In this document: one piece after another, positions 29,845 to 39,946 of the stretch | Layout: each line of letters opens with the position of its first letter | Numbering within the stretch: the stretch's first letter is position 1 | Assembly: GCA_964551465.1 (NCBI GenBank) | Contig: CAZKBR010000001.1 | Coordinates: 11,768 to 75,767, forward strand | Direction of reading: 5' to 3' | From: an uncultured Candidatus Bathyarchaeia archaeon | GTDB lineage: Archaea > Thermoproteota > Bathyarchaeia > RBG-16-48-13 > JAGMEO01 | Length of the DNA stretch: 64,000 nucleotides | The notes under the pieces: generated by a model | Seen by the model: the letters and a program-made list of their open reading frames with translations, nothing else | Databases searched by the model: none | What the model was told of the DNA's origin: nothing | Program-made: the position numbers and the translations under genes

Positions 29845-30903
29845 TTAAATCTCGAATGAAATCCTGTTTCGCAGTAGAAACTCTCCGAAGAGTAAAGACA
29901 AAAGGAAGATACCATTGAACATTTCTATTATGCCCACAGGAAGCCCCAGGGAGATCTGTATCATCTCACCGCCTACTAGTAAACCGCCATACAGGATGGA
30001 GACAAATACTGTTGATAATGGATTCAACCTTCCTAGCCACGCAACGATAATCGATGAAAAACCATAACTTTGTGAGATGCCGACTCTCAATCTGTGTTGG
30101 ATGCCAGCCACCTCGCCTACTCCCGCCATTCCTGCCAGACCACCACTTATTGCCATTACCAGTAGAATGACCTTTGTGTAGTCTATCCCAGCATACTTTG
30201 TAGCTTCAGGGTTTTTGCCAACGACACGGATTTCAAAGCCCAGTTTTGTTTGAGCTATTAGAAAGTAGAGTGCTACGAATGCAACGAGCGCGATAATTAG
30301 GGTGGGATAGTGTATACGCGTACTACCTATTGTTGGTAGCTGTGCAGACGGAGAGAATTTTGATGTATAGGGGAATCCCCATTCCTCCTTCCCCCTCCAA
30401 GGCCCGTACACAAGATACTCCAGAAGCTTCGCCGCGACATAGTTAGTCATGAGAGTCGTGATGACTTCATTTGTCTGGAGCTTGGCCTTGAGCATTGCAG
30501 GTATAAGACCCCATACTGCTCCACCTACGAAGCCGGATAGGAACATTGTAGGAATCAGAAAAAATGCAGGCCATTCGGGGAAGGACAATGCGACACCTGA
30601 TGAGAATATAGTGCCCATCAACAATTGCCCCTCAGCGCCAATGTTCCAGACGCCTGTTTGAAAGGCTATCGTCAGTCCTAGCGAGCATAGCATCAGTGGA
30701 ATCGACTTTGTTATCGTTTCTGAGACACTATAGACGCTCCCGAAAGCTCCATAGAAGATTCTTCCGAAAGCTAGAACTGGGTTGGCGCCGTAAGCTAGGA
30801 AGATGACAGCTATGATAGGTAGAGAAAGGAGGGCTGAGGTAGCTGTCATGATTATGGTGTCTTGTCTTGACACTACCAGCCTGTGCTCAATTCTCAGCTT
30901 CAA
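29845..30903 (-). CDS. ABC transporter permease (BMP/nucleoside-type)
   Basis: 352 aa polytopic membrane protein. Second permease of the operon. Confidence 0.8.
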   Translation of the reverse strand: MKLRIEHRLVVSRQDTIIMTATSALLSLPIIAVIFLAYGANPVLAFGRIFYGAFGSVYSVSETITKSIPLMLCSLGLTIAFQTGVWNIGAEGQLLMGTIFSSGVALSFPEWPAFFLIPTMFLSGFVGGAVWGLIPAMLKAKLQTNEVITTLMTNYVAAKLLEYLVYGPWRGKEEWGFPYTSKFSPSAQLPTIGSTRIHYPTLIIALVAFVALYFLIAQTKLGFEIRVVGKNPEATKYAGIDYTKVILLVMAISGGLAGMAGVGEVAGIQHRLRVGISQSYGFSSIIVAWLGRLNPLSTVFVSILYGGLLVGGEMIQISLGLPVGIIEMFNGIFLLSLLFGEFLLRNRISFEI

Positions 30904-32420
30904 CTCGCTCCCTCATCAATTCTCGTTCCAGCCATCATCATTCCTATCTCTTCAAGTCTTGCTTCATCAGCATCGACGATCTTCATTACATTGCCTTTGA
31001 AAAGGACGAGTACGCGATCACTGATTGAGAGTATCTCGTCCAGGTCTTCTGAGACAAGTAGAATTGCCGCGCCCTGTCTCCGCTGTTCTAACAGGATCCG
31101 TCTAGTCTGTTCTGTAGCTGCTACATCCAATCCGTAAGTGGGATGAGATGCAATTATGAGGCGTGGGCTTCCATGCAATTCTCTGGCTAGGATTAGCCGT
31201 TGAATATTTCCGCCAGATAGGAGTTTGGCTGGTGTCCTGATGCTGGGAGTAAGTATATTGTATTCTGAGACGAGCTTCACGGCATGTCTCCTTATATTGT
31301 CTTCTATAAGGACCATTCGGTTGGAGAAGGGAGGTTTCTCGTATTCCCTCAGGATCAGGTTGTCAGCCACACTCAGATCATTGACAATCCCCATTCTCAC
31401 ACGTTCCTCAGGAATATGTGCGACACCCGCCTTGGCTATATCCTTGGGCGAACGGTTTGTCATGTTCTCTCCGCGTATGACTACGCTGCCCTTTGTGGCT
31501 TTCCTTAGACCAGTCAGAACCTCGATGAGTTCACTTTGACCGTTTCCGGCTACGCCAGCCACGCCAAGAATCTCGCTTTCTCTTACTGAGAATGAAACAT
31601 CATTTAGAGCTGGCAAGCCTCTATCGTTCAGAGCACATATGTCGATGACATCCAGAACAATCTCGCCAGGCAGTGCACTTGGTTTTTCCAGTCGTGAGAG
31701 GATATCTTGTCCAACCATCATCCTCGCTAGTTCCTTCTCATTGGTCGTTTCGGTCTCAACAGTCTCTACGAGGACGCCTTTTCTGAGAACGGTGACGCGG
31801 TCGCTGACGCGCATTACTTCGTCGAGTTTGTGAGTTATGAAGATTATCGTATGCCCTTCGGCAACCAACCGTTTGAGCGCTTCGAAGAGTTTGCCTGTTT
31901 CCTGAAGTGTGAGTATAGATGTGGGTTCATCGAGTATGAGTATTTTAGCATTCTTGGAGAGAATCTTTAGGATTTCGACACGCTGCTGCTCTCCAACAGA
32001 AAGTTGCCACATCTCTGAGTTGAAGTCAACATTCAGACCGTATCTTTTTGAAATGTCTCCAACAATCTTCCTCGCTGCCTTCAGCGGAAACATAAGGCTA
32101 GAAGGTGGGAATCCAAGAGCAATGTTCTCTGCAACGGAAAGCTGCTGCACAAGCGAGAAGTGTTGATGGACCATGCCAATTCCTAGGTCGATCGCAACCT
32201 TGGGTGAGCTTATTTTGACTGGAATATCTCGCACAAGAATCTGGCCTTTGTCTGGCTGGTACAAACCGAAGAGGATGTTCATCAATGTGGTTTTTCCAGC
32301 CCCATTCTCCCCAAGCAGACAATGGATCTCGCCCTCTTCCACCGAGAGACTGACATTGTTGAGCGCGAGTGTTTCCGGTGGAAACTTCTTTGTGATCGAT
32401 CTCATCTCAAGTATAGGCAT
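30900..32420 (-). CDS. ABC transporter ATP-binding protein with duplicated ATPase domains
   Basis: 506 aa. Two Walker A sites (GENGAGKTT, GVAGNGQSE). LSGGQ-like signatures. Confidence 0.85.
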   Translation of the reverse strand: MPILEMRSITKKFPPETLALNNVSLSVEEGEIHCLLGENGAGKTTLMNILFGLYQPDKGQILVRDIPVKISSPKVAIDLGIGMVHQHFSLVQQLSVAENIALGFPPSSLMFPLKAARKIVGDISKRYGLNVDFNSEMWQLSVGEQQRVEILKILSKNAKILILDEPTSILTLQETGKLFEALKRLVAEGHTIIFITHKLDEVMRVSDRVTVLRKGVLVETVETETTNEKELARMMVGQDILSRLEKPSALPGEIVLDVIDICALNDRGLPALNDVSFSVRESEILGVAGVAGNGQSELIEVLTGLRKATKGSVVIRGENMTNRSPKDIAKAGVAHIPEERVRMGIVNDLSVADNLILREYEKPPFSNRMVLIEDNIRRHAVKLVSEYNILTPSIRTPAKLLSGGNIQRLILARELHGSPRLIIASHPTYGLDVAATEQTRRILLEQRRQGAAILLVSEDLDEILSISDRVLVLFKGNVMKIVDADEARLEEIGMMMAGTRIDEGAS

Positions 32421-32533
32421 AGCTCATCACGCGCTTGTGGCTTATGGAGGGGGTTCACGAGTGTTGAAGGATCGTCATTTGCTGGCTCCAAAGCAGCCAA
32501 GAGAAAAAAAAGGGATGTCTTCTGGGAATTCAC

Positions 32534-33928
32534 TTATGGTCCGGGCACTTCACCCATTACGTTGTCGACGTACCAGTTTATTGTCCATAGCACATCATGC
32601 GAGGCTCGGCACCCAGCTTCAATCTTCAAGACGCCGTGATTATCATATATCGGACCAGTGAATGGATCAAAGAGTACGGTTTCTTCGCTCATCTGTTCTA
32701 GGCGAGTCATCACGAGATCGTATATGCTGATGTCGCCTAACAAAGGATCTGTTATGTGAATTGCCTTAAGTTCATTAACGAATTTCGGGTTGATCGGCAC
32801 ACCGATCTCTCCTCCCAGTTCCACAACCCCTTCTTTGAGCATCCACCAGTAGTCTATGTTTGCAAGATTGGTTTTGTTGTAAGCCCCTGCGTAGACTTTG
32901 GCTAAGATATCCTCATAGATGGTTTCCCAGTGAACCAGCTGGCCGCTAACCACGGAGTCAGGAGCAAACTTCTGCATCGGGCTGTAGTGGCTGAACGTGT
33001 ATATCTGTTCTCCAGCTTCTGTATGTTTCTGACCCACTTGGACTACAGAAGGACTGTCCTCTGTGAACGCGATTGCATCTACGCCCTCGGCTATGAGGGC
33101 TTCTGCCGCTTCTGTCGCCTTCTGGGGGTCGTACCAAGCAAACAACCATCGTACGCTTACTGTCGCTTTGGGATTCGTTTCCTTTACTCCGAGCGCAAAG
33201 GCGTCGATATGCCTTACAACCTCTGGTGTTGGATAGGCACCAACATAGCCCACCTTATTTGTCTTTGTTAGTGCCCCCGCCATCAGACCACAGAGATAGT
33301 AAACCTGATAGAATTCCGCAAAGTAAGTACCCATGTTTGGTGCACGCTCGTAGCCTGAGCAGTGCCAAAAGATCTTGTCGGGGTATTTTCCAGCAGCTGT
33401 ATAGGTGTCGTCCATGAATCCAAAACTTGTCGTAAATATTATGTCGTAGCCTTCTTCAACGTATCTGTCAATAAAACGGAGAGCATCACCTTCTGCCACG
33501 GACTCGGAGTAGGAAGTATTAAGCCATGGGAACTTCGACTGCACGTAGATCCTGCCTACATCATGGGCGTGTGTCCACCCATAGTCGCCGACTGGGCCAA
33601 CGTAGATGAAAGCAGCTTTAATCTTCTTGCCTTCAACTTGACCTTGAGGACCTCTGAGCAGTGGTGCAAGTACATAACCAGCCGCGCCACCGATAAACAG
33701 ACCGATGACCAGAAAAACAATCCCAGCAGTTGTCTTACTTGCCATTTTATCCCTCTCTATTATACTGCACCATCGCGTCGTGCTCCCATTATTTAAGCGG
33801 TTTTGTATTATATTTGATAATATAAAACAAATATAAAAGCTTTTTCTACACCGATATGTCAACAACTTCCAACAAATAGTGTCTGGGAAGGAGTGATTTG
33901 ATAGATCTTCAACCATTTGATCGCCCAA
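32534..33928 (-). CDS. BMP-family (basic membrane protein) substrate-binding lipoprotein of the ABC transporter
   Basis: 464 aa. N-terminal TM/signal region, then a periplasmic-binding-protein fold. First gene of the operon. Confidence 0.75.
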   Translation of the reverse strand: MGDQMVEDLSNHSFPDTICWKLLTYRCRKSFYICFILSNIIQNRLNNGSTTRWCSIIERDKMASKTTAGIVFLVIGLFIGGAAGYVLAPLLRGPQGQVEGKKIKAAFIYVGPVGDYGWTHAHDVGRIYVQSKFPWLNTSYSESVAEGDALRFIDRYVEEGYDIIFTTSFGFMDDTYTAAGKYPDKIFWHCSGYERAPNMGTYFAEFYQVYYLCGLMAGALTKTNKVGYVGAYPTPEVVRHIDAFALGVKETNPKATVSVRWLFAWYDPQKATEAAEALIAEGVDAIAFTEDSPSVVQVGQKHTEAGEQIYTFSHYSPMQKFAPDSVVSGQLVHWETIYEDILAKVYAGAYNKTNLANIDYWWMLKEGVVELGGEIGVPINPKFVNELKAIHITDPLLGDISIYDLVMTRLEQMSEETVLFDPFTGPIYDNHGVLKIEAGCRASHDVLWTINWYVDNVMGEVPGP

Positions 33929-34236
33929 TCGTTACGGAATAGTTTCTCGGCAAACTTCCGACTGGTAGAATTCGAAGACGTTGATCGGCTTGGTCGAGAA
34001 CTTTTTGATCCAACTGTGAGAGGTTAATTTCCCCAATGAGCATAAACGCCAAGCTTATCAGCCAGAAGATCGCAAGCAGTCTGAGTTACTTAGTTTTCAG
34101 CGTCTTTTTCTTAAACCGTTTTACGATCGCAAGCAACACAGTCGCTGGGAGGGTAAAGTATACGATGCCTATCAAGGAGCTTGCTACGAAACCCGCCACT
34201 ACAACACCGAACTCAGGACTGAAGGTAAAGATCCTT

Positions 34237-35940
34237 TCAATGCCTTAAGCACGCTTTTGATATCTCCATCAATATGTTTGGCGGCGTGAATAAGCTGAAT
34301 ACTCGAACATAGCTCAAAGATCCCGCGTCCCTAATGTGTCGGGCGTCCCCCCTTTCAATGTAACCCTCAGTGAACGCTTCAATTAGAGGCATAATCCTCT
34401 TCTTCTCCACCGTGTAATGACCAGTGTAGTATAGAAACTCAGCTATGTCCCATACGGGATTTCCTTTGCCAGCTTGCTCTAGATCAACGAAGTATATTCC
34501 ATCATCCGGACTAAGTATAATGTTTTCAGGTTTACAATCTCCAATAGTCACATTGAGAGAATGGATCACAGCTATTTTTTGTGCAAGCCGATGAATCAAA
34601 CTTAAATCCTCCCCTACATCATGACCCTTGCTAAAAATTCTGCGAATAACTTCTTCAAAGTTCCTTCCCTGTATGTATTGTTGGAGAAGAAGCCTGCCCT
34701 CAAGGTTCACATAGTATATCTCAGGGGCGGATACGCCGTGCCTCGCAAGGAAGCCGCTCATTTTGTACTCATTCATTAACCTCTTCTCCCCAAAAACTTC
34801 AAACTCTTGGAGACCCATGGTCCACAGCGATAGCGGCATCCACTTAAGCCCGCACCAATCTTCATACCTCTTCGCAACTATCTTCCTTTCCTTGTTATCT
34901 TCGCGAAAGCTCAAGAGATACACAAAGTTGAGCGTTCCTCCCAGATTTCGAAAAGACAACTCTGAAACCTTACCGAATGGAGCCCCTGTTGTTATGACAT
35001 CTTCAAAGGTGTATTTCTCGCCCAAACTTACCATCCCATGAGCTGAATGAAGGTACAGATAGTTTTTTGGATCCTCTAGCTCCGCGGATTGCTCCTTTAG
35101 TTCCCTCTCAACCTTTGATGCGAGTTCCTTTAGAATAATTTGGGGTCCTACTGACCCTGCAAAGCCATGCGATATGTACTGACGGATAACTCTCTCGGTT
35201 TCTCTTAGGGGGACCACAACGTGGTATATTTTTTTGTTTATTTCTTCAGCAAATGCTTTGGAAATCTTCACATATTTGTCTTCGAAGAGGACTACGTTTT
35301 CCGCATGAAGCTCTTTGAGGGCCTCTTCATAACCCTTCATAATACTTAGTATGTTTTGTTTCCCTAGCCCTGAGGATAGCATTTTCATATAACTGTACTT
35401 AACTGGTCGATAGACCATGGCTCTCTTCTGCATTTTGCTGTAAGCGAAGAAATGTGGATCGATGAATATCTCGCAACAGAACTCTTTATACCGATGGATA
35501 AGATTCTCAAGCACCTCGAGTATGATGCGCTTTTTCATTCTGGTTTCTTGCTTCCACAAATAGTCCCCGTTAATTAGAGGCACATAAGGCGTAATAAGAC
35601 GCCCAGCAACGAACTCTCCCAGAATCGCGTTGTCAATGTCATCTTCAAAGACTGCTTTCTCGACTGCTAGAACAGAGATGTCGACACGACCCATTTTTTT
35701 ATAATGATACTTCACCTTTCTACTGTAAGGATCCATTATGAGAATAACATCGTAGTCGCTAGACGGGCGCGCATATCCGCATACCCTTGAGCCGTAGAGG
35801 CATGCCGCAACTATTTTGTTTTTCCCCGCTATTTCATAGCATAACTCTATAACTCTAGGAGCGACTTCGTCAAGACTCAATGTAGGTACCACCGAACTCC
35901 TTTGACCGATCCAAATCGACATCATACTATGGTGACACAC
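34237..35940 (-). CDS. Fusion protein: N-terminal Pol-beta-type nucleotidyltransferase, C-terminal eukaryotic-like (RIO/Bud32-like) protein kinase domain
   Basis: 567 aa. NTase signature LYGSRVCGYARPSSDYDVILIMD (GS...DxD). C-terminal kinase motifs IVAKRY (VAIK-like Lys), IGDCKPENIIL (catalytic loop), FVDLEQA (DFG-like). Confidence 0.5.
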   Translation of the reverse strand: MCHHSMMSIWIGQRSSVVPTLSLDEVAPRVIELCYEIAGKNKIVAACLYGSRVCGYARPSSDYDVILIMDPYSRKVKYHYKKMGRVDISVLAVEKAVFEDDIDNAILGEFVAGRLITPYVPLINGDYLWKQETRMKKRIILEVLENLIHRYKEFCCEIFIDPHFFAYSKMQKRAMVYRPVKYSYMKMLSSGLGKQNILSIMKGYEEALKELHAENVVLFEDKYVKISKAFAEEINKKIYHVVVPLRETERVIRQYISHGFAGSVGPQIILKELASKVERELKEQSAELEDPKNYLYLHSAHGMVSLGEKYTFEDVITTGAPFGKVSELSFRNLGGTLNFVYLLSFREDNKERKIVAKRYEDWCGLKWMPLSLWTMGLQEFEVFGEKRLMNEYKMSGFLARHGVSAPEIYYVNLEGRLLLQQYIQGRNFEEVIRRIFSKGHDVGEDLSLIHRLAQKIAVIHSLNVTIGDCKPENIILSPDDGIYFVDLEQAGKGNPVWDIAEFLYYTGHYTVEKKRIMPLIEAFTEGYIERGDARHIRDAGSLSYVRVFSLFTPPNILMEISKACLRH

Positions 35941-36029
35941 TTCTAGTTATTTATTCTGGGGCATCGCAAGATCAACTATGTTTATTTTAAAAGATGCGAA
36001 GGCATTATAGGGGAGTTATAGAGGTTCAA

Positions 36030-36170
36030 GCCGGGGTAGCCAAGCTAGGTTTAAGGCGCTGGACACTCTGAAGGAACAGACTCGAGATCCAGTTCTCCCT
36101 TCGACCGCATCCTAGGCTGTCGAGGATTGGGAGGACGGAGGCCATGGGTTCAAATCCCATCCCCGGCGCC
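36030..36170 (+). tRNA. Intron-containing tRNA (about 141 nt precursor), identity unresolved, possibly Ser(CGA)
   Basis: Acceptor stem GCCGGGG / CCCCGGC. T-arm ATGGG-TTCAAAT-CCCAT. D-arm GCC-AAGCUAGGUUUA-GGC. G discriminator followed by CC. About 65 extra nt between D-arm and T-arm contain nested helices (CTGGA/TCCAG, TTCTCCC/GGGAGGA, TCGAC/GTCGA), implying one or two introns. Confidence 0.55.
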
Positions 36171-36232
36171 TACTCCGTTTGAGAGCCAAAAAATGATTCA
36201 AAGCATTTATCAGTTTATCAAGTCCCTAACTG

Positions 36233-36961
36233 GTGGGAAAAATGTCTAGCAAAATGCAGAAAGAACTTGTAGAGATTATTGATCAGATTAAGAATCGAAC
36301 TCTTCGAAAGGTTGTGCGCGAACTAGTATTGAAGCCAACTCTATCGTTAAAGACGAAAGAACCGCGTGATGCGGGGTTACCATTACTGACTAGTCCTGCA
36401 GCCAAAACGTGGCATCACAGCTATCCTATGGGACTTTTAGAACACATGATATCAACCTCTAGAGTTGCCTTAGCACTATGCGATTCTGCAGAAAAGATCT
36501 ATGGGGGAAGAGTTGATCGAGATCTTGTTCTAGCGGGGGTTCTGTTGCATGATGTTTTCAAACCGATGACTTACGTAGAGAATGAAGACGGAACATACGG
36601 CGTCTCACCTCTAGGTGAACGTCTGGATCACTTGACATTAGTTCTCTGCGAGTTGTATAAGAAAAAGGTGCCTATTGAACTGCTCCACATACTTGCCTCT
36701 CACCATGGAAGAGCAGGACCTATTAGTCCCAGGACTATCGAGGCCCTAATCGTCCATGTCGCTGATGTTGCAGATGCAACGCTTAACGGAGAGGTTCTCA
36801 GCGCCGCCAAATTCTTGGCGAAGAAGTGCACAGGTGAAGAAGTGACTTTCACTTCATCGAAAGAAGCATTTGAAATAGTGCACGCAAAGCAGGCAGAAGG
36901 ATGCGAAGGCGTGATTAAGGTCATAGAAAAAATAAGGAAGAACAGAAGCCGGCGAGTCTAG
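36233..36961 (+). CDS. HD-domain phosphohydrolase
   Basis: 242 aa. H..HD motif GVLLHDVFKP. Downstream His and Asp residues. Confidence 0.45.
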   Translation: MGKMSSKMQKELVEIIDQIKNRTLRKVVRELVLKPTLSLKTKEPRDAGLPLLTSPAAKTWHHSYPMGLLEHMISTSRVALALCDSAEKIYGGRVDRDLVLAGVLLHDVFKPMTYVENEDGTYGVSPLGERLDHLTLVLCELYKKKVPIELLHILASHHGRAGPISPRTIEALIVHVADVADATLNGEVLSAAKFLAKKCTGEEVTFTSSKEAFEIVHAKQAEGCEGVIKVIEKIRKNRSRRV

Positions 36962-37404
36962 AAACCCTCGCCCTGACCCCCTCTGTAATATCCGTACCCT
37001 GCCCCTTCGTAACTCTTAGCTGAGAGGTTATTTCCCTCGTTTACTTCTCCGATCTCCTCCTTCACACTCTCAGCTGATCCATAAAAACCGACGTTGAGCC
37101 TCAATGATCCCCTAAACAGAGAGGTGTAACCGTTCTTCACCTCGATGACGTTGCCTGCGCTGAACTTATCAATGTTATCGTCCCACAATGTTAGCAGCAC
37201 AGAGCCAGTCTCATCGCCAATAAGTGCGTCAGCAACCCTATGTTCAGACAAATCCTTCCTAAAAGTAACCGTTCTGGGCTCTCCCACGTTAACGATCTTA
37301 GCAATTAAATTTACCTTCCTCAAACCGGGCTTCAGGTCACTAACCTTTATGCGCTCTTCAAACCTTCTACTCATAAAGTGACACCAACTTTCCGAAAATG
37401 TCAT
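36958..37404 (-). CDS. ssb: Single-stranded DNA-binding protein, single OB fold (Sulfolobus-type SSB)
   Basis: 148 aa. One OB fold. Flexible C-terminal tail rich in G/Y/E, EGAGYGYYRGGQGEGF. Confidence 0.65.
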   Translation of the reverse strand: MTFSESWCHFMSRRFEERIKVSDLKPGLRKVNLIAKIVNVGEPRTVTFRKDLSEHRVADALIGDETGSVLLTLWDDNIDKFSAGNVIEVKNGYTSLFRGSLRLNVGFYGSAESVKEEIGEVNEGNNLSAKSYEGAGYGYYRGGQGEGF

Positions 37405-37532
37405 TCTTTAGATATTGGCTATTTACTATTAAAGGTTCTTATTAATGGTCTTTATTCGAATGCATAACGAAGAATGGATAAGCTTAGCTGCAAAAGCGTT
37501 TAAGCTAGATTAGGAGTGGCTGAGTTTCACCC

Positions 37533-39356
37533 ATGGTTGAAGAGGAAGCTAACTACGTAACGCGTGTGGTCCGCCATTATCATTCTCTATTTACTTTCCC
37601 ACCACACCGAATGCTAGTCACCCTTCTGTTGTTAGTAAGTGTGGGAGGGAGCATAGTAGCGTTTTCCATCGGGTTTCAATCGTTTGATGGATTATACAAC
37701 GGCTTACTTTTCGGAACAACAGTGTTAGCATTTCCGAGTCTAATTGGAGATTTGATTCTGAGGGGTGCGATCGCCAGAGAAAACGTAATATTCGATTTAA
37801 GGCGTTGCACTGCTCTGTCCGCTATTTCTTGCGCTGCATGGATAATGGTTCTTTTGGTGGGAGGACTCTTCCAAATAAGTCGACATAACGCCCTTTTTTA
37901 TGCATCGATACTGGGGTCCTGCATCATAACGGCTTTGCGTTATCTCGCTTTTTCCAGCGTGTCATTTCTTGATAAGTGGCGGGTTATGGGCTCAACGATG
38001 ATTCAGCCCCTACTCTGCCTCGTGGCCAACATTGTGTTCTGGAAGGGATGGCTTTCCTCGGCATTTCTAGCAGTCATCATGGCAAACTCTACATTGTTGG
38101 TCGCCACGCATGTCTTCGTCTATTTTATAGACAGGCATGGAATGGAGATAGTTGGCATAGGCTCTATTGACCTCTTGAAGGGATTTGCAGCCAGCTGGAC
38201 CAAGAATATACCGTTTCCGCTCGAAGAACGTTTAGAGAAACTAGGATACAAAGCAGATGTTTCTGTTGCACTAATAGCTTTTAGAGATAAGGAGAAAATT
38301 AAAGCAATTATGGTTGTTCCCGAGATTCATCCAGGCCCATTCAGAAACGTCGGAAGCAGTGACTTTCCATACATGGTTCAGAGATCTTTGGGGGAAAAAT
38401 TTAAATGTATAGCTGCTACCCCTCACGGGACCTCAGGGCATGAATTAAACCTTACATCTCAACATCAATGTAGGAAGGCGCTTAGAGAGATCAATGATCT
38501 AGCGGAGTTCTCTATGTTCTCAACAACGGCAACGAGGCTTGTACGCAGAGAGGTCGGTTCTGCAAAGGCAACATGCCAGTTCTTTGGAAAAGACGCTATT
38601 GTGACAGTAACATGCGCTCCAAAAAGCATGGAGGACATACCTTTACAGGTAGGATCTCAGATAGCCAAAAGAGGCATGGAGCTAGGTGCTAGAACAGTTG
38701 TGGTGATCGACACCCATAACAGCATTGAAGCATCTGATAAAGTACCTGTATTGTCAGAGGGAGATTTGAAGGACATCCAAGAAGCTGCCAACAGCGCGAT
38801 AGCATCAGCAGCAAACGAGCACCAGACGGCCTTTAAGGTCGGCGTATCGAAAGTTACACCGCAAGACTTTGACCTGACCCAAGGAATGGGTAATGGTGGC
38901 ATCGTTGTTCTCACGATTAGAACTGGTGAACAAATCGCTGCATATGTGATAGTCGATGGAAACAACATGGTTAGTGGCCTCCGCGAGGAGATCCAAGAGT
39001 CACTCAAACGCTTTGGTATTGAGGATGGAGAGATTTTGACAACAGACACTCACGTCGTAAACGCGTTGACTCTAGTAGAGAGGGGTTACCATCCGGTTGG
39101 AGAAGCACTAGACAGAGAAGGACTGATTCTTTATGTTGAAGAAGCCGCACGTGAGGCGCTTGCCAACATGCAGAGGTCGGAAGCATCATTTAAGGCCGGC
39201 AAGGTTTACGGCGTTAAAGTGATCGGAGAGAGCGGTCTAGCCAAAATCAGCCTTCTGGTTGACTCAACATTGCACGTCATGAAAAGGTATGCACTGATCA
39301 TTTTCGCTCCAGCCATGTTGCTGGTTGCGCTGTTTAGTCTTCTACTTTCTGCATGA
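37533..39356 (+). CDS. Large archaeal membrane protein (DUF2070-like)
   Basis: 607 aa. About 7 N-terminal TM helices, a large soluble domain, a C-terminal TM. Confidence 0.3.
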   Translation: MVEEEANYVTRVVRHYHSLFTFPPHRMLVTLLLLVSVGGSIVAFSIGFQSFDGLYNGLLFGTTVLAFPSLIGDLILRGAIARENVIFDLRRCTALSAISCAAWIMVLLVGGLFQISRHNALFYASILGSCIITALRYLAFSSVSFLDKWRVMGSTMIQPLLCLVANIVFWKGWLSSAFLAVIMANSTLLVATHVFVYFIDRHGMEIVGIGSIDLLKGFAASWTKNIPFPLEERLEKLGYKADVSVALIAFRDKEKIKAIMVVPEIHPGPFRNVGSSDFPYMVQRSLGEKFKCIAATPHGTSGHELNLTSQHQCRKALREINDLAEFSMFSTTATRLVRREVGSAKATCQFFGKDAIVTVTCAPKSMEDIPLQVGSQIAKRGMELGARTVVVIDTHNSIEASDKVPVLSEGDLKDIQEAANSAIASAANEHQTAFKVGVSKVTPQDFDLTQGMGNGGIVVLTIRTGEQIAAYVIVDGNNMVSGLREEIQESLKRFGIEDGEILTTDTHVVNALTLVERGYHPVGEALDREGLILYVEEAAREALANMQRSEASFKAGKVYGVKVIGESGLAKISLLVDSTLHVMKRYALIIFAPAMLLVALFSLLLSA

Positions 39357-39483
39357 CAGAGGCAAAAGCCTCTTTCTCGCGGGAGCGCCAGGCAGTCACA
39401 AGTATGGAAAACCCTTTAAGGCGATCGTAAGCTTTATACTGTTGAACACTTTACCTATCTGGAATCGATCAGGAGACTCTGGC

Positions 39484-39783
39484 ATGTCTGAAAAAGAGCA
39501 GGAAAATGTTGTTCTAATCGGAAGCAAGCCCGTCATGAATTACATTGTGGCATGCTTGACTTTCTTTAATTCCGGGGTTCCAGAAGTTGTTTTGAAGGCT
39601 AGGGGACGAGCGACCAGTCGCGCAGTCGATGTCGTGGAACTCATGCGTAGAGCGTTCGTCAAGGACCTCCAAATCAAAAACATACAGATAGGCACGGAAG
39701 AACTCACGCGCTCAGAGGGGCAGAAGGTTAACGTCTCAACGATCGAAATCGTGGTTGCAAAGCCGAAGGGGGCCCCTGAGTAA
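39484..39783 (+). CDS. albA: Chromatin protein Alba
   Basis: 99 aa from the ATG at 39484 ([23 protein letters not shown]...). The tracked ORF at 39325 has an implausible N-terminal extension. Confidence 0.85.
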   Translation: MSEKEQENVVLIGSKPVMNYIVACLTFFNSGVPEVVLKARGRATSRAVDVVELMRRAFVKDLQIKNIQIGTEELTRSEGQKVNVSTIEIVVAKPKGAPE

Positions 39784-39946
39784 AAAGAAGCAACTACTTC
39801 TGCGGCTTAGTAAATCAAAAGTTGACTAGGGGACGCTGCTGCTTTAAAATCCTTAGCCAAGTGACTTTAATTTGGCAAGGTGGCGCGTGCGAGCATATAA
39901 TTTAAGCTTTTTCTTCATGTTAGGAAGATATTCTAATACTTGAGGG

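Noticed and set aside
39325-39483. N-terminal 53-aa extension of Alba in the tracked ORF
   Set aside because: The extension overlaps the end of the upstream membrane-protein gene and has no Alba homology. The canonical Alba N-terminus starts at ATG 39484.
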